Source of the DNA: an uncultured Nitrospiraceae bacterium
GTDB lineage: Bacteria; Nitrospirota; Thermodesulfovibrionia; Thermodesulfovibrionales; UBA6898
Assembly: GCA_963811165.1 (NCBI GenBank)
Contig: CAWEQH010000003.1
Span: 1 to 46,892 of the forward strand
Length of the DNA stretch: 46,892 nt
Direction of reading: 5' to 3'
A model generated the notes under the pieces. It was not told the origin of the DNA and searched no databases. It saw nothing but the letters and a program-made list of their open reading frames with translations. Below are positions 29,192-38,245 of the stretch, piece after piece (within the stretch, counting starts at the first letter, position 1; each line of letters opens with the position of its first letter). Both the position numbers and the translations under genes were made by a program.

Positions 29192-29811
29192 TCAATAGGG
29201 AAACAGATTGCAGCAGTGACCCCTGAACTGAGCAGGTTTAGTCACCGCGAAATGATTCTCTGATACTCCCGGGTAATCGCCAGCTTCTCCGTACATCCTC
29301 ATCGCGCCCTGCTCAAGCCATAGGACCTTACTACAGAGTTTTCTGATTTCTTCCGCGTTGTGTGAGACGAAAAGCATTGTAACCCCCTTTTCCCTGAAAC
29401 CGGATATCCTCTCATTGCACTTTTTTTTGAAATGTTCGTCGCCCACAGCCAATATCTCATCGATGATCAGAACATCGGGATCGACCTCCGTGGATGATCG
29501 AAAAACCGAGGCTGGCGATCATACCCGATGAATATGTCTTAGGGGGCTGCAAATAAAACGCCGAACTTGGAAAAATCTACGATCGGTTAAAACTTGCTGT
29601 CGATCTCCCTTTTTGACAGTCCGAGGATCGAGGCATTGGTGGCCACCTTGAAGATCTGGAAAAAAACCATGTTGAGAGTGAGTATTATAAACAACAGATT
29701 CAGCGTGACCCAGGACCTCTTGTAGCGTACCTTGATGTCCCGCATTACGAGGTTCCTGAGGAATTCCTTGCATTTAAGGATGCTGAATATTTCGCTTTTA
29801 TATGGTGCCAT
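29192..29811 (-). pseudogene. Deletion relic fusing the 5' end of a second wzm to the 3' half of a second wzt
   Basis: LRNLVMRDIKVRYKRS..LNMVFFQIFKV (Wzm N-terminus) runs directly into NASILGLSKREID..KTYSSGM..VDPDVLIIDEILAVGDEHF..FVSH (Wzt); Walker A absent; several frameshifts. Confidence 0.85.
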
Positions 29812-29961
29812 TGCCGTGTCCGGTTTGATATTATGCAGCATCCGCTCTTTCTTCTTCCTTATGTCACTGAAACTGTGAAAGCCCGCGCTTGGCTGTGCTA
29901 AACTCATACATGGTTCAAGAGTCCAAAATGATTTTAATCACGATAAGAAGGCCCTGAATAA

Positions 29962-31065
29962 TTGAAGATAGGTATTAATGCAACATTCCTGAGCGAAAAA
30001 CCGACCGGCTTAGGGGTTTTTACACAAGAGATATCCCGCCATATCTCTGCGCTTAACAGGGACTTCGTCGTATTTTCGCCGGTCGCCCTGGAAGGAGTTT
30101 CGGAAGTTTTTATCCATAAAGTCCCGCCTTCGGTCAGGGGTTCTCTGAGGTTTCGCGATAACCTGCTGCGGTTTGCGTATCTAAACGGTCTCTTCCCCAT
30201 GCTTTGCCGGAAGAGCAAAGTTGATGTCCTGTTTTGCCCGATGATAGAGTTTCCCTTTGTACCACTTGTCCCGCTTGTTGTGCAAGTCCATGACCTGCAC
30301 CCGATACAATTTGCCGCGCAGTTCAAGCGCGCTGCAGTTCACTTCAGATTATCACTGAAAAGGTTGGAGAAAGTCGCCGGAAGGGTGACCGTCTCGTCCG
30401 AGTTTGTAAAAAAAGTTCTCCTTTCGGCAACTAACTTGGGAGAAGACATGATCGACGTAGTCCCGCTTGCCTATAACCGGGAGAGGTTTTATCCAAGAGG
30501 CCAGGAGGGAAGAGCCGGGTTCCTGGCAAAATATTCCCTCAATGGCCCTTACATCCTTGCGGTGGGAAATCTCTTTCCTTATAAAAATATTGGCAGCCTT
30601 GTTGAGGCATTTCTCAGGATTAAAGGTAAGGTGGCTCATTCATTGGTCGTTGTCGGCAGAAAGGAATTTGCGGCATCGCAATTGGCCGATGACGAACGGG
30701 TACTGTATACCGATTATGTCCCGGACGAGGACCTCCAGAAATTTCACTCCTACGCCGATCTTCTTGTACACCCCTCCCTGAGCGAAGGCTTCGGACTTAC
30801 TCCTCTTGAAGCGATGGCCTGCGGTACGCCGGTCATATGCTCTGACCGCGCATCATTACCGGAGGTGGTTGGAGACGCAGGGCTGCTTTTTGATCCTGAC
30901 GACAAGGCCGCCCTGGGGGAATTGATTTTGAAGGTGCTTAGTAATGAAGGACTGAGAAGAGAACTCTCGGCAAAAGGGCTGAAAAGGGCGCAACTATTTT
31001 CCTGGGAGAAGACCGCCTCGGGCATCCTTGATTCGTGCAGGAAGGCGCTAAAAGAGAACCGGTGA
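29962..31065 (+). CDS. Glycosyltransferase family 4 (MtfB/WbpY-like)
   Basis: VHDL, VGNLFPYKN, SEGFGLTPLEAMACGTPV, FSWEKTA. Confidence 0.92.
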   Translation: MKIGINATFLSEKPTGLGVFTQEISRHISALNRDFVVFSPVALEGVSEVFIHKVPPSVRGSLRFRDNLLRFAYLNGLFPMLCRKSKVDVLFCPMIEFPFVPLVPLVVQVHDLHPIQFAAQFKRAAVHFRLSLKRLEKVAGRVTVSSEFVKKVLLSATNLGEDMIDVVPLAYNRERFYPRGQEGRAGFLAKYSLNGPYILAVGNLFPYKNIGSLVEAFLRIKGKVAHSLVVVGRKEFAASQLADDERVLYTDYVPDEDLQKFHSYADLLVHPSLSEGFGLTPLEAMACGTPVICSDRASLPEVVGDAGLLFDPDDKAALGELILKVLSNEGLRRELSAKGLKRAQLFSWEKTASGILDSCRKALKENR

Positions 31066-32177
31066 AGATACTCCATCTGCTTTACGAAAGCAAGGGCGAT
31101 TATTTCGGGATCGGCGGTGTCGGAACGCGCGCATACGAGATTTACGGCCGCCTCAAAGGCAGGCACGAAATTACGCTTTTGTGCAAAAAATATCCTGGCG
31201 CACGCGACAAAGAGATAGAAGGATTGGCACATATCTTTGCGGGTACCGAAAGCAGGAGTCTCACCAGGACGCTGCTGTCCTACGCATACAGGGCGGCCCG
31301 CTTTGTCGCTGAAAAGGGGATAGAATATGATCTCATAATTGAGGAATTCTCCCCGGCCGTACCGACCTTTCTCCATGCCGTTACGAAAAGGCCGGTTGTG
31401 CTGCAGGTCCAGGGATATACGGGGTCCCTTTATTTCAGGAAGTACAACCCCCTCTATTCTTCGGTCCTTTTTCTTTTGGAGCACCTGCGGCCGTTGCTCT
31501 ATTGCAACTTTATATTTATAAATGATGAGACCGCGGGCAGGCTCTTTCTCGATAACAAAAAGCATAAGACGGTCATCCCAAACGGCGTGGCCCCCGAACT
31601 CTTCGGCCTCCCGTTTCGGCGAGGGGATTACATACTTTACCTGGGCCGTATCGACATGTACGGCAAGGGGCTCGACCTGCTTCTTACTGCGTATACTGAA
31701 TTTTGCAGGTCTTTCGGCAACATCAAACTGGTCGTGGCCGGGGACGGCAGGGACATGGAAAGGTTAAGGTCCGCGGTGACGGCACTGCCGGAGGGCGTAA
31801 GGGGGAACATCGAACTTCCCGGTTGGGTCTCGGGAGTAAAGAAAAGCGAAATTATCGGTGATGCCTCTTTTGTCGTCTTTCCTTCCAGGCATGAGGTCCA
31901 GCCCATATCGGTCCTTGAGGCTATGGCCTGCGGGAAGTCTGTTTTAGTGAGCGATATCCCCGCATGCTCTTTTGTCACGCAAAACGGGGCAGGGGTCTCC
32001 TTCAAGTCAGGGGACCCGGTCTCGCTGGCCCTCTCTATGAAAGGTCTCGCCGAAAGCTCCGCACGTGAAGAAATGGGGATCAAGGGAAGGGAATGGGTCA
32101 AAAATTTCACATGGGACAGGATCGCCGCTCAATATGAGAAGTTCCTTGTCGAGACAGTCGAATCTTACTCGGAGTAA
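31062..32177 (+). CDS. Glycosyltransferase family 4
   Basis: GTGA overlap with the upstream stop; YLGRID..KGLD, PSRHEVQPISVLEAMACG, FTWDRIA. Confidence 0.9.
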   Translation: MKILHLLYESKGDYFGIGGVGTRAYEIYGRLKGRHEITLLCKKYPGARDKEIEGLAHIFAGTESRSLTRTLLSYAYRAARFVAEKGIEYDLIIEEFSPAVPTFLHAVTKRPVVLQVQGYTGSLYFRKYNPLYSSVLFLLEHLRPLLYCNFIFINDETAGRLFLDNKKHKTVIPNGVAPELFGLPFRRGDYILYLGRIDMYGKGLDLLLTAYTEFCRSFGNIKLVVAGDGRDMERLRSAVTALPEGVRGNIELPGWVSGVKKSEIIGDASFVVFPSRHEVQPISVLEAMACGKSVLVSDIPACSFVTQNGAGVSFKSGDPVSLALSMKGLAESSAREEMGIKGREWVKNFTWDRIAAQYEKFLVETVESYSE

Positions 32178-33385
32178 ATGACCGCCTTGATCTTCTCCTT
32201 GTCTTTTATCTTTGCGGCCAATTTTGCCGACTCTTTTCTGTCTGAGGTATTTCCGATCAGCACACGGTAGAAAGTCCCTTTGTCTTTGCCGGAGCCCCTG
32301 ACCACAAAGGCATCGTATCCTTTCCCCTTAAATTTATTCGTAAGCGCAACAGCATTGTCTTCGCTTTTAAACACGCCCAGTTGGACGGAATAAACTGCCT
32401 TCCCTGAAGGTTTCGCTTTAGCCGAAGGCGTGGGCGCCGCTGCGGCAGGGAGAGGCGGTCCTTTTTTCACAGGCATTATGGGTGCCGGGGAAGGCGTTGC
32501 AGGGGCTGTTTTCCCGGCAGACGGGGAAGCCGCAGGGGCCGTTTTATTCTCAGCGACTGTCTGCTGTTTCTGCTGCTCATTTACCGGAGCAGGCGACGGA
32601 GTCGGAGACTGAGCGGGCGCCGGAGGTTGGGCCTTCGGCTTCATCGCGGTACTCAATGGCTTTATGGGGACGGCCTTTTTGGCCCCCATTCCCGGTATCA
32701 GCCCGAGGTAAAAGAGGGCGCCTGCAGCGATTCCGACAATTAAAATGGCCGCTCCGGCGATGACCGCAGGGAGGCTGCTCTTCTTTTTTCTGCGCCTTGA
32801 CGCTTCTTTTGAAATGTAGGCATCCGCAGGCTCCGGAACTTTTTTCTCCCCGTACACAATTTCTCTATCAGGCTCTTCGTCAAGCTCCGGTATCCCCGGC
32901 ATCTGAAAAATCTGAGGCTCGATGTCAGGGGCCTGTTTTACAGCCGGGCGCTCAATGGGGAAGGCAGTCTCTTCGCTTTCAAACGCACGTTCTTTTTCCT
33001 TGACGTGCAGTACGATGGGGGCCTTTGTATCGAGGACTTTCGCGGTCTTTTCGAGGAGCTCCGCGGCGGTGAAAGGGACGGTAAGCACATCGGCAACGCC
33101 GAAGGCCGAAGAGACGGCGGTGTCTACTTTGCTCAACGGAGATGTCAATAACACGAGGGGGACCTTCTGCAATGACTCGAACCCGCGGATCGTCCTGCAC
33201 ATCTCAAGCCCTGTTTCATCGGGGTTTATGAATATGAGGGAAGGGCTGACTTTCTGGGCCATTTCCGTTCCGACGTCACCGCCGGGGACCGCAAAAACGA
33301 GATACCCTTCCGATTCGAGAGTCGACGCGATAAGCTGCTCCGTCTCGCTGTCGGCGTCAATTACAAGGATTGTTTTGCTTGACAT
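32165..33385 (-). CDS. Pseudo-receiver domain - acidic linker - single TM - Pro/Ala linker - SPOR domain protein
   Basis: CheY-like N-terminus (TILVIDAD..PSLIFIN..VPLVLLT..VLTVPF); RRRKKK then hydrophobic TM; PAPA-rich stalk; YSVQLGVF..NA..YRVLIG SPOR domain. Confidence 0.88.
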   Translation of the reverse strand: MSSKTILVIDADSETEQLIASTLESEGYLVFAVPGGDVGTEMAQKVSPSLIFINPDETGLEMCRTIRGFESLQKVPLVLLTSPLSKVDTAVSSAFGVADVLTVPFTAAELLEKTAKVLDTKAPIVLHVKEKERAFESEETAFPIERPAVKQAPDIEPQIFQMPGIPELDEEPDREIVYGEKKVPEPADAYISKEASRRRKKKSSLPAVIAGAAILIVGIAAGALFYLGLIPGMGAKKAVPIKPLSTAMKPKAQPPAPAQSPTPSPAPVNEQQKQQTVAENKTAPAASPSAGKTAPATPSPAPIMPVKKGPPLPAAAAPTPSAKAKPSGKAVYSVQLGVFKSEDNAVALTNKFKGKGYDAFVVRGSGKDKGTFYRVLIGNTSDRKESAKLAAKIKDKEKIKAVIYSE

Positions 33386-33425
33386 AGTAAATTCCCTCTC
33401 ATTGGGTTAACGTATTCAGGGGACC

Positions 33426-34454
33426 TCAAAGAGGTTCCCAGTACTTCGAAGGCATATCTTGCGCCAGTTTGAGCGCGCCGTTTGACCCGGCAAACAGGGG
33501 GTCTTCAACGCATGATACCCTGCAGGGGCCGTATTCTCTCAGTGCATCCTGCAGATATTCGCGGAGGCCCCGGATCAGGCTGCCGCCGCCTGCTAAGACG
33601 ATGTTGTTTTTTATCCTGACCTGGAATTCCGGATCGAACCTCGCGATCATCTCGGTGGTCGTCTCGGTGAGCGCCGGAAGGATGCTTTCGCAGGCCCGCT
33701 TGATCTCGTTTTTTATGTCGTGCATGACGGGCTTGCCGTCGACCGGTATTTCCGCGCGGACCTCTTCGGCCGTGTCCCTTACAAAGCTGTATTTTTCCTT
33801 GAACAGACGCACCATGTTCTTATTGAACCTGGAGTTGGGATACTTCTCGCTCAGATAGCTGAACAGCTGGTCGTCTATGTAGTCGCCCGCGGTCAGTATG
33901 GTCTTTTGGTCTTCCTCAGTCGGGATCGCCCCGTGCATTATGCAGAAATCGGTCGTGCCCGCGCCGATATCGATGACGAGCGAGTTGTTGAGGAGGTTCA
34001 TTCCGTAGGCGACCGCAAAAGGCTCGGTGACCACCATCAGTGCCTGGACGAATTCCGTCACGGCATTTCTTATGGCGAGTTTGTTGACCTTGAGGGTATC
34101 GGCCGGAACCCCCACGACCGCGTGTATCTTTTGTTCCGGTGAGGGGCCCGCAAGTTCGATGAGATGCTTTATGATCTCCTTCACCGCCTCTTCGTTTTTG
34201 CCGATCCCTTCCTTTATCACCCCGTGCTCAAGAGGCCTGCAGACGTCGAGGGAGAGCCTGTTTTGGAGCGCCTCGGCGCCGAAGAGCACCGGCTTGCCGA
34301 CGACCTGCATCGAGATAAAGTCCTTGGGCCAGCCCACGAAACTCTCGATCCATTCCCTCTTGTCGTTGCCGGCCGAGATCGCGGACCTCGATGTCCCGAG
34401 GTCGATCCCTACGAACAGGATGTTATCTTTTTTCTGCGGATCCGTTTGCCTCAT
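33426..34454 (-). CDS. MamK-like actin-family ATPase
   Basis: GIDLGTS, VGWPKD, PLEHGV, AVVGVPA, EPFAVAYG, DIGAGTTD, AGGGS, CVEDPLFAG..GALKLA..P..YW match the recalled MamK layout better than MreB. Confidence 0.88.
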   Translation of the reverse strand: MRQTDPQKKDNILFVGIDLGTSRSAISAGNDKREWIESFVGWPKDFISMQVVGKPVLFGAEALQNRLSLDVCRPLEHGVIKEGIGKNEEAVKEIIKHLIELAGPSPEQKIHAVVGVPADTLKVNKLAIRNAVTEFVQALMVVTEPFAVAYGMNLLNNSLVIDIGAGTTDFCIMHGAIPTEEDQKTILTAGDYIDDQLFSYLSEKYPNSRFNKNMVRLFKEKYSFVRDTAEEVRAEIPVDGKPVMHDIKNEIKRACESILPALTETTTEMIARFDPEFQVRIKNNIVLAGGGSLIRGLREYLQDALREYGPCRVSCVEDPLFAGSNGALKLAQDMPSKYWEPL

Positions 34455-35472
34455 AGCTCATTTCTCCTTTATTTAGGTAATCCAGTATCCCGGCCTCAAG
34501 ATAATGGGCGATATTCTCCCTGTGCCCCGGGGTGTTCAGCATCTGTTCCTCCTCTTTGTTGCTCAGGCATGAGACCTCCGCCAGCACGGCCGGTATGTCC
34601 ACTCCAAGCAGCACGACGAAGGGCGCCCTCTTGACCCCGAAGTCGTAGGCGTTTCCGTTGTCTTTCTTGAAGTTCAGAAAAAGCGTTTTTTGTATGGAAT
34701 ATGCAAGGCCCCTGGACTCCTGCGTCTTCATCCTCTCCCCCAGCTTTTCGATGATCTCCTTGAAATCGCTCAGGCCGTACTGGGACCCGGCGTTTTCCTG
34801 TTCCGCAAGCCTTTGCGTCTTGGTATCGGCAGAGGGACCGAAAAAGTAGGTCTCGATGATATTGATCGGTTTGTGGGGAATATAATTGAGATGAATGGAC
34901 AGGAAGAGGTCCGCCTTTTTTGATACTGCCATATCGACCCTTTTATTGAGGGGCACCGTAACGTCCTGGTCTCGGGTCATCAACACGTTAAACCGGCCGT
35001 ATTTGTCTAAACGTTCCTTCAGCCTCCTTGCGATGTCTAAGGTGATGTCCTTCTCAAGAGTGCCCATTACTCCCTTTGTGCCGGAGTCTGCGCCGCCGTG
35101 CCCCGCGTCTATCATGATCGTCCTTACCCCTAGGCCGAAGGTGCGGCTGACCGACATATCGGGATTGGTGATAAATGCCCGAAAATCGGCCGGACTTGAT
35201 TTGGGGCCGGGAGTGAGAATTTTTTGACTTATCTCGCTGGCGGTCAGCTGTTTTTCCGAGAAGAACGAGTTTGAGACGTAGGAGCCGTGGACCAGGATAG
35301 CGACCGTTGAGATAAGCAGGGTCAGGAAAAACTTATTGAGGAGAAAAGGTTTTTGCCGTGATGCAACGCCGTCGCCCTTGCCTATGATCCGCAAATTTTC
35401 TTCATAGACGCCCCGCAGCATCTCCTGCTTTATTTTGAGATCGGTCCTTTTCCGCGAAAAAATAGAGATCAT
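34423..35472 (-). CDS. Membrane-anchored N-acetylmuramoyl-L-alanine amidase (Amidase_3, AmiA/AmiC-like)
   Basis: IDAGHGG, EKDITL, SIHLN and LAEVS Zn/catalytic residues; AEQEN helix; N-terminal TM FFLTLLISTVAILV; 32-nt overlap with the actin gene. Confidence 0.92.
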   Translation of the reverse strand: MISIFSRKRTDLKIKQEMLRGVYEENLRIIGKGDGVASRQKPFLLNKFFLTLLISTVAILVHGSYVSNSFFSEKQLTASEISQKILTPGPKSSPADFRAFITNPDMSVSRTFGLGVRTIMIDAGHGGADSGTKGVMGTLEKDITLDIARRLKERLDKYGRFNVLMTRDQDVTVPLNKRVDMAVSKKADLFLSIHLNYIPHKPINIIETYFFGPSADTKTQRLAEQENAGSQYGLSDFKEIIEKLGERMKTQESRGLAYSIQKTLFLNFKKDNGNAYDFGVKRAPFVVLLGVDIPAVLAEVSCLSNKEEEQMLNTPGHRENIAHYLEAGILDYLNKGEMSYEANGSAEKR

Positions 35473-35484
35473 GACGTTCACAAC

Positions 35485-35513
35485 ACTTTACCAATTTGCG
35501 GGAAAAAATTCAA
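35485..35513 (-). promoter_or_regulatory. Putative sigma70 promoter for the amidase-actin-SPOR operon
   Basis: Minus strand TTGAAT-N17-TAAAGT with a TG extended -10, 12 nt upstream of ATG 35472. Confidence 0.5.
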
Positions 35514-35557
35514 TGGTGAATGCGGGTTGCGTAAGAAGAGTGAGCTTCGGTTGGATC

Positions 35558-36458
35558 CTAACCGTTTTCTAATTTCCCGTATTCTCGGATAAAGTCCCTT
35601 ATGCCCCTAAAATACATTCTCAGCTTCTCTATTTTTTTTGATTCCCATAATATCGTCTTTACAGGTCTCCTGATTCAGCCTGAAGATCTCAAAATAGAGG
35701 AATGACCTATAGTTCTTTCCGTATTTAAAAAGGGTATATAGGCTATTTTTCGTCTGGTAATACACTCTTACGGGTTGATGCTCCCTGTATTGAAAAAAAA
35801 GTTTTTGTTTTGTTTCGGCAAGGGAGTGATAAAGCAGGGCATTTTTGCTTAAGAGTATTCTGAGATTTCTATCCAGAATTCTGAAACAATAATCAAAATC
35901 GATATAGTCAATAAACAGGTTTTCGTTCATTAATCCTATTTTCGAGACAAGCTCATTTTTCAGAAGACTGCCGGAAGTAATATGGAAATGGACAAAGCAA
36001 TCACCTGCTGGAGTCTCAATTTTTTTGTTAAGAAAATTAGTGGTGATGACCGACGGCAGCATTTTTTTGAAATTTCTGTCATATACCGTAGGAACTACCA
36101 AAGCCGTTTCCTTTTTTGCTTCCTCATCAAGATCATTATATGACCGAAGCATTTCACCTATCATACTTTCCGCGAGGATGCTGTCCTGGTCCAAAAGGAG
36201 TGTCCATTTGCAGGCATTATCCAGAGAATAACGAATTCCCTGGTTCAAGGCGGCTGCGAGTCCCTTATTGCAGTCATTGAATATAAAAGCGATCCTGTTG
36301 GCGTGCGGCAGCGCGAGGAGTGCGTTTCTTACCCGCTGATCAGCGCTGTTATCGATTACTACAATTTTATCTGCCTGGTTCTCTAACGAATCGATACAGG
36401 TGATCACACTTTCAGGCGAATTGAAGGAAACTATGACCGCGCAGACCGAATTATTTAT
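35558..36458 (-). CDS. GT2 rhamnosyltransferase (RfbF-like); atypical start and a C-terminal frameshift
   Basis: VCAVIVSFN upstream of the ORF-track start, IDNS, NKGLAAALNQG, LLDQDS, ITSGSL, FIDYIDFDYC; alternate frame ..MYFRGIRDF..* ends at 35558. Confidence 0.82.
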
Positions 36459-36606
36459 AAATCCTTTCCGTTTACCGGTGAATTATACCCCGAAAGGCAA
36501 TTAGAAATGTACTTTTGCCGTGGAGAATCAGCAAAGAACAGCAGTAACACGGGCGGGGTGCAGGCGAAACTTCTTCCACGGGACCGCAAAATATCCGGCA
36601 GTCAGT

Positions 36607-38238
36607 TCATTCGAGCCTTAATTTTTCCGGCACTGCACTAACCTCGATAGAATTAAGGTAATAATCGCCCGGCACCTCGCCAGGGTCTAAACGCAGTTTT
36701 CCATAAAGATCAGCAGAAGGCACGGGAACAAACAGCAAATTTTTCCCCTTCCTGAGAAAACGTCTTATGCTCAGCGTTTCGGTATATTCCCGTGAGGCGT
36801 TTGTCATATAGTATAGCTGCAAATTTGTATCTGCAGGACTCATAATATCTATTTTGATGATAGGATATCTGTCTTTGGGCAGAGAGAAAAACGGGAGTTC
36901 AATGAATGGGTCTCCTCCCGTAGCTTTAATTCGCAGGCCGGATTTATGAAGACTTTCCTTTGAAATGCTGGCCTCATGCAAAGGGACAACACCTGCGTAA
37001 TTTGTTTGAGGATTGCCGAGTATCAGAATATCGGACGTGCTGTAAAAACACTTCCGGAAAAAAATATTCTGGAACTCCTGGCTGATAGGCAGGGCGGGCA
37101 ATTTTTGGAGAGAGCGTTGACTATTTCATCTATCACGATATCCGGCCGCTCATGAGAGATAATCGGTTGGTAAAGATTGTCTTCCAAAATATAAACATAA
37201 ACGCTCCGTCTGAAGTTTTCGGAAAGATAGGGGACTAGCGCATCCCGGAAGGAGTCCCCGAATAAGACCATTTTAGGGAGATGCCCTGCTCGTTCCTCAA
37301 AGACAGGGAGTGTCCAGTCCGGAAACCCCTTTAAGTGCTGCAACTTATAGACAAGTTCAACTTTATGCGCCTGTAAAGGGGAAAGCCTGGAAAACTGCGG
37401 AACAGTTTCCTCAAGAAAAGCACTGCTCACCAACATATCCGAAAGATCAAATCCTTTGCGGACTTTATACTCAATTTTGAAGTCCTCCGGCAAAAGAGGG
37501 CGCATACTAGGAAAATAAGCGGCAACATTCCTTATGATTTCGCGATAGGCGATAAAAGCCCCAAATTCGTTCCAATGGGTATCGTTCTTATAATAAACTG
37601 AGTGGTCCTTTTTAGCCTTGATCAATGCACCGTATACATCAACCATCCGTATATACGACTTCTCTTGCAGGTGCCGCCGAAGTTGATCAAGATGACTTCC
37701 CCTAGGGGCATAAGCTTCGGGGAGAAATTCGGGATAGATGGATTGCTTATCGGGCACCATTATCTAAGAAATAGGGGATACCTTGTTCAGCCAGCCATTC
37801 GTGCTTGGCTTCCAGGTAAAACTGCAGTTGCAAAAGCTGTATCTGATCGAAAGGAGTGTTCAGTAAATAATCATCCTTTAACGTTGAGACATTATCTCCA
37901 CGATAAAAAAGCCATCCCTGCTTCCCAATGACTACCTTGGGAACCGGGGAAGTCGATAGAAACCGGGTTTTCAGGTAGCTGTTCAAGGCTATTAATTGGC
38001 CTCGTAGTGGGAAACGGTCATTGTAGTATTTCTCGAATTCCCTTGGAAAATTTCTTAGGGCAGACACCCCGAGGGTGACCCTTGGAAACGGGGCAAGAGC
38101 CCTCTTTTCATTTAGTCCCGTCGCGTTTTTGATATTAATAATATCCCATACTAGTGGGGAAAATATGGCGGCAAAGAATAAAATGATTACGAACTTCTTT
38201 GAAACTGAGCCAATCTTTGCCGGACTATGCTTTTTCAT
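36607..38238 (-). CDS. AlgJ/AlgX-like SGNH O-acetyltransferase with C-terminal beta domain; two frameshifts
   Basis: N-terminal TM, EKRALAPFP, GKQGWLFY, PDKQSIYPE, DTHWN (DxH), GDSF across ORFs 37747-38310, 37023-37760 and 36607-37101. Confidence 0.82.
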
Positions 38239-38245
38239 CCCGCTC

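Noticed and set aside
33426..34454. Magnetosome gene island
   Set aside because: No other mam/mms/mad genes are recognisable in the window; the TPR proteins have signal peptides, unlike MamA
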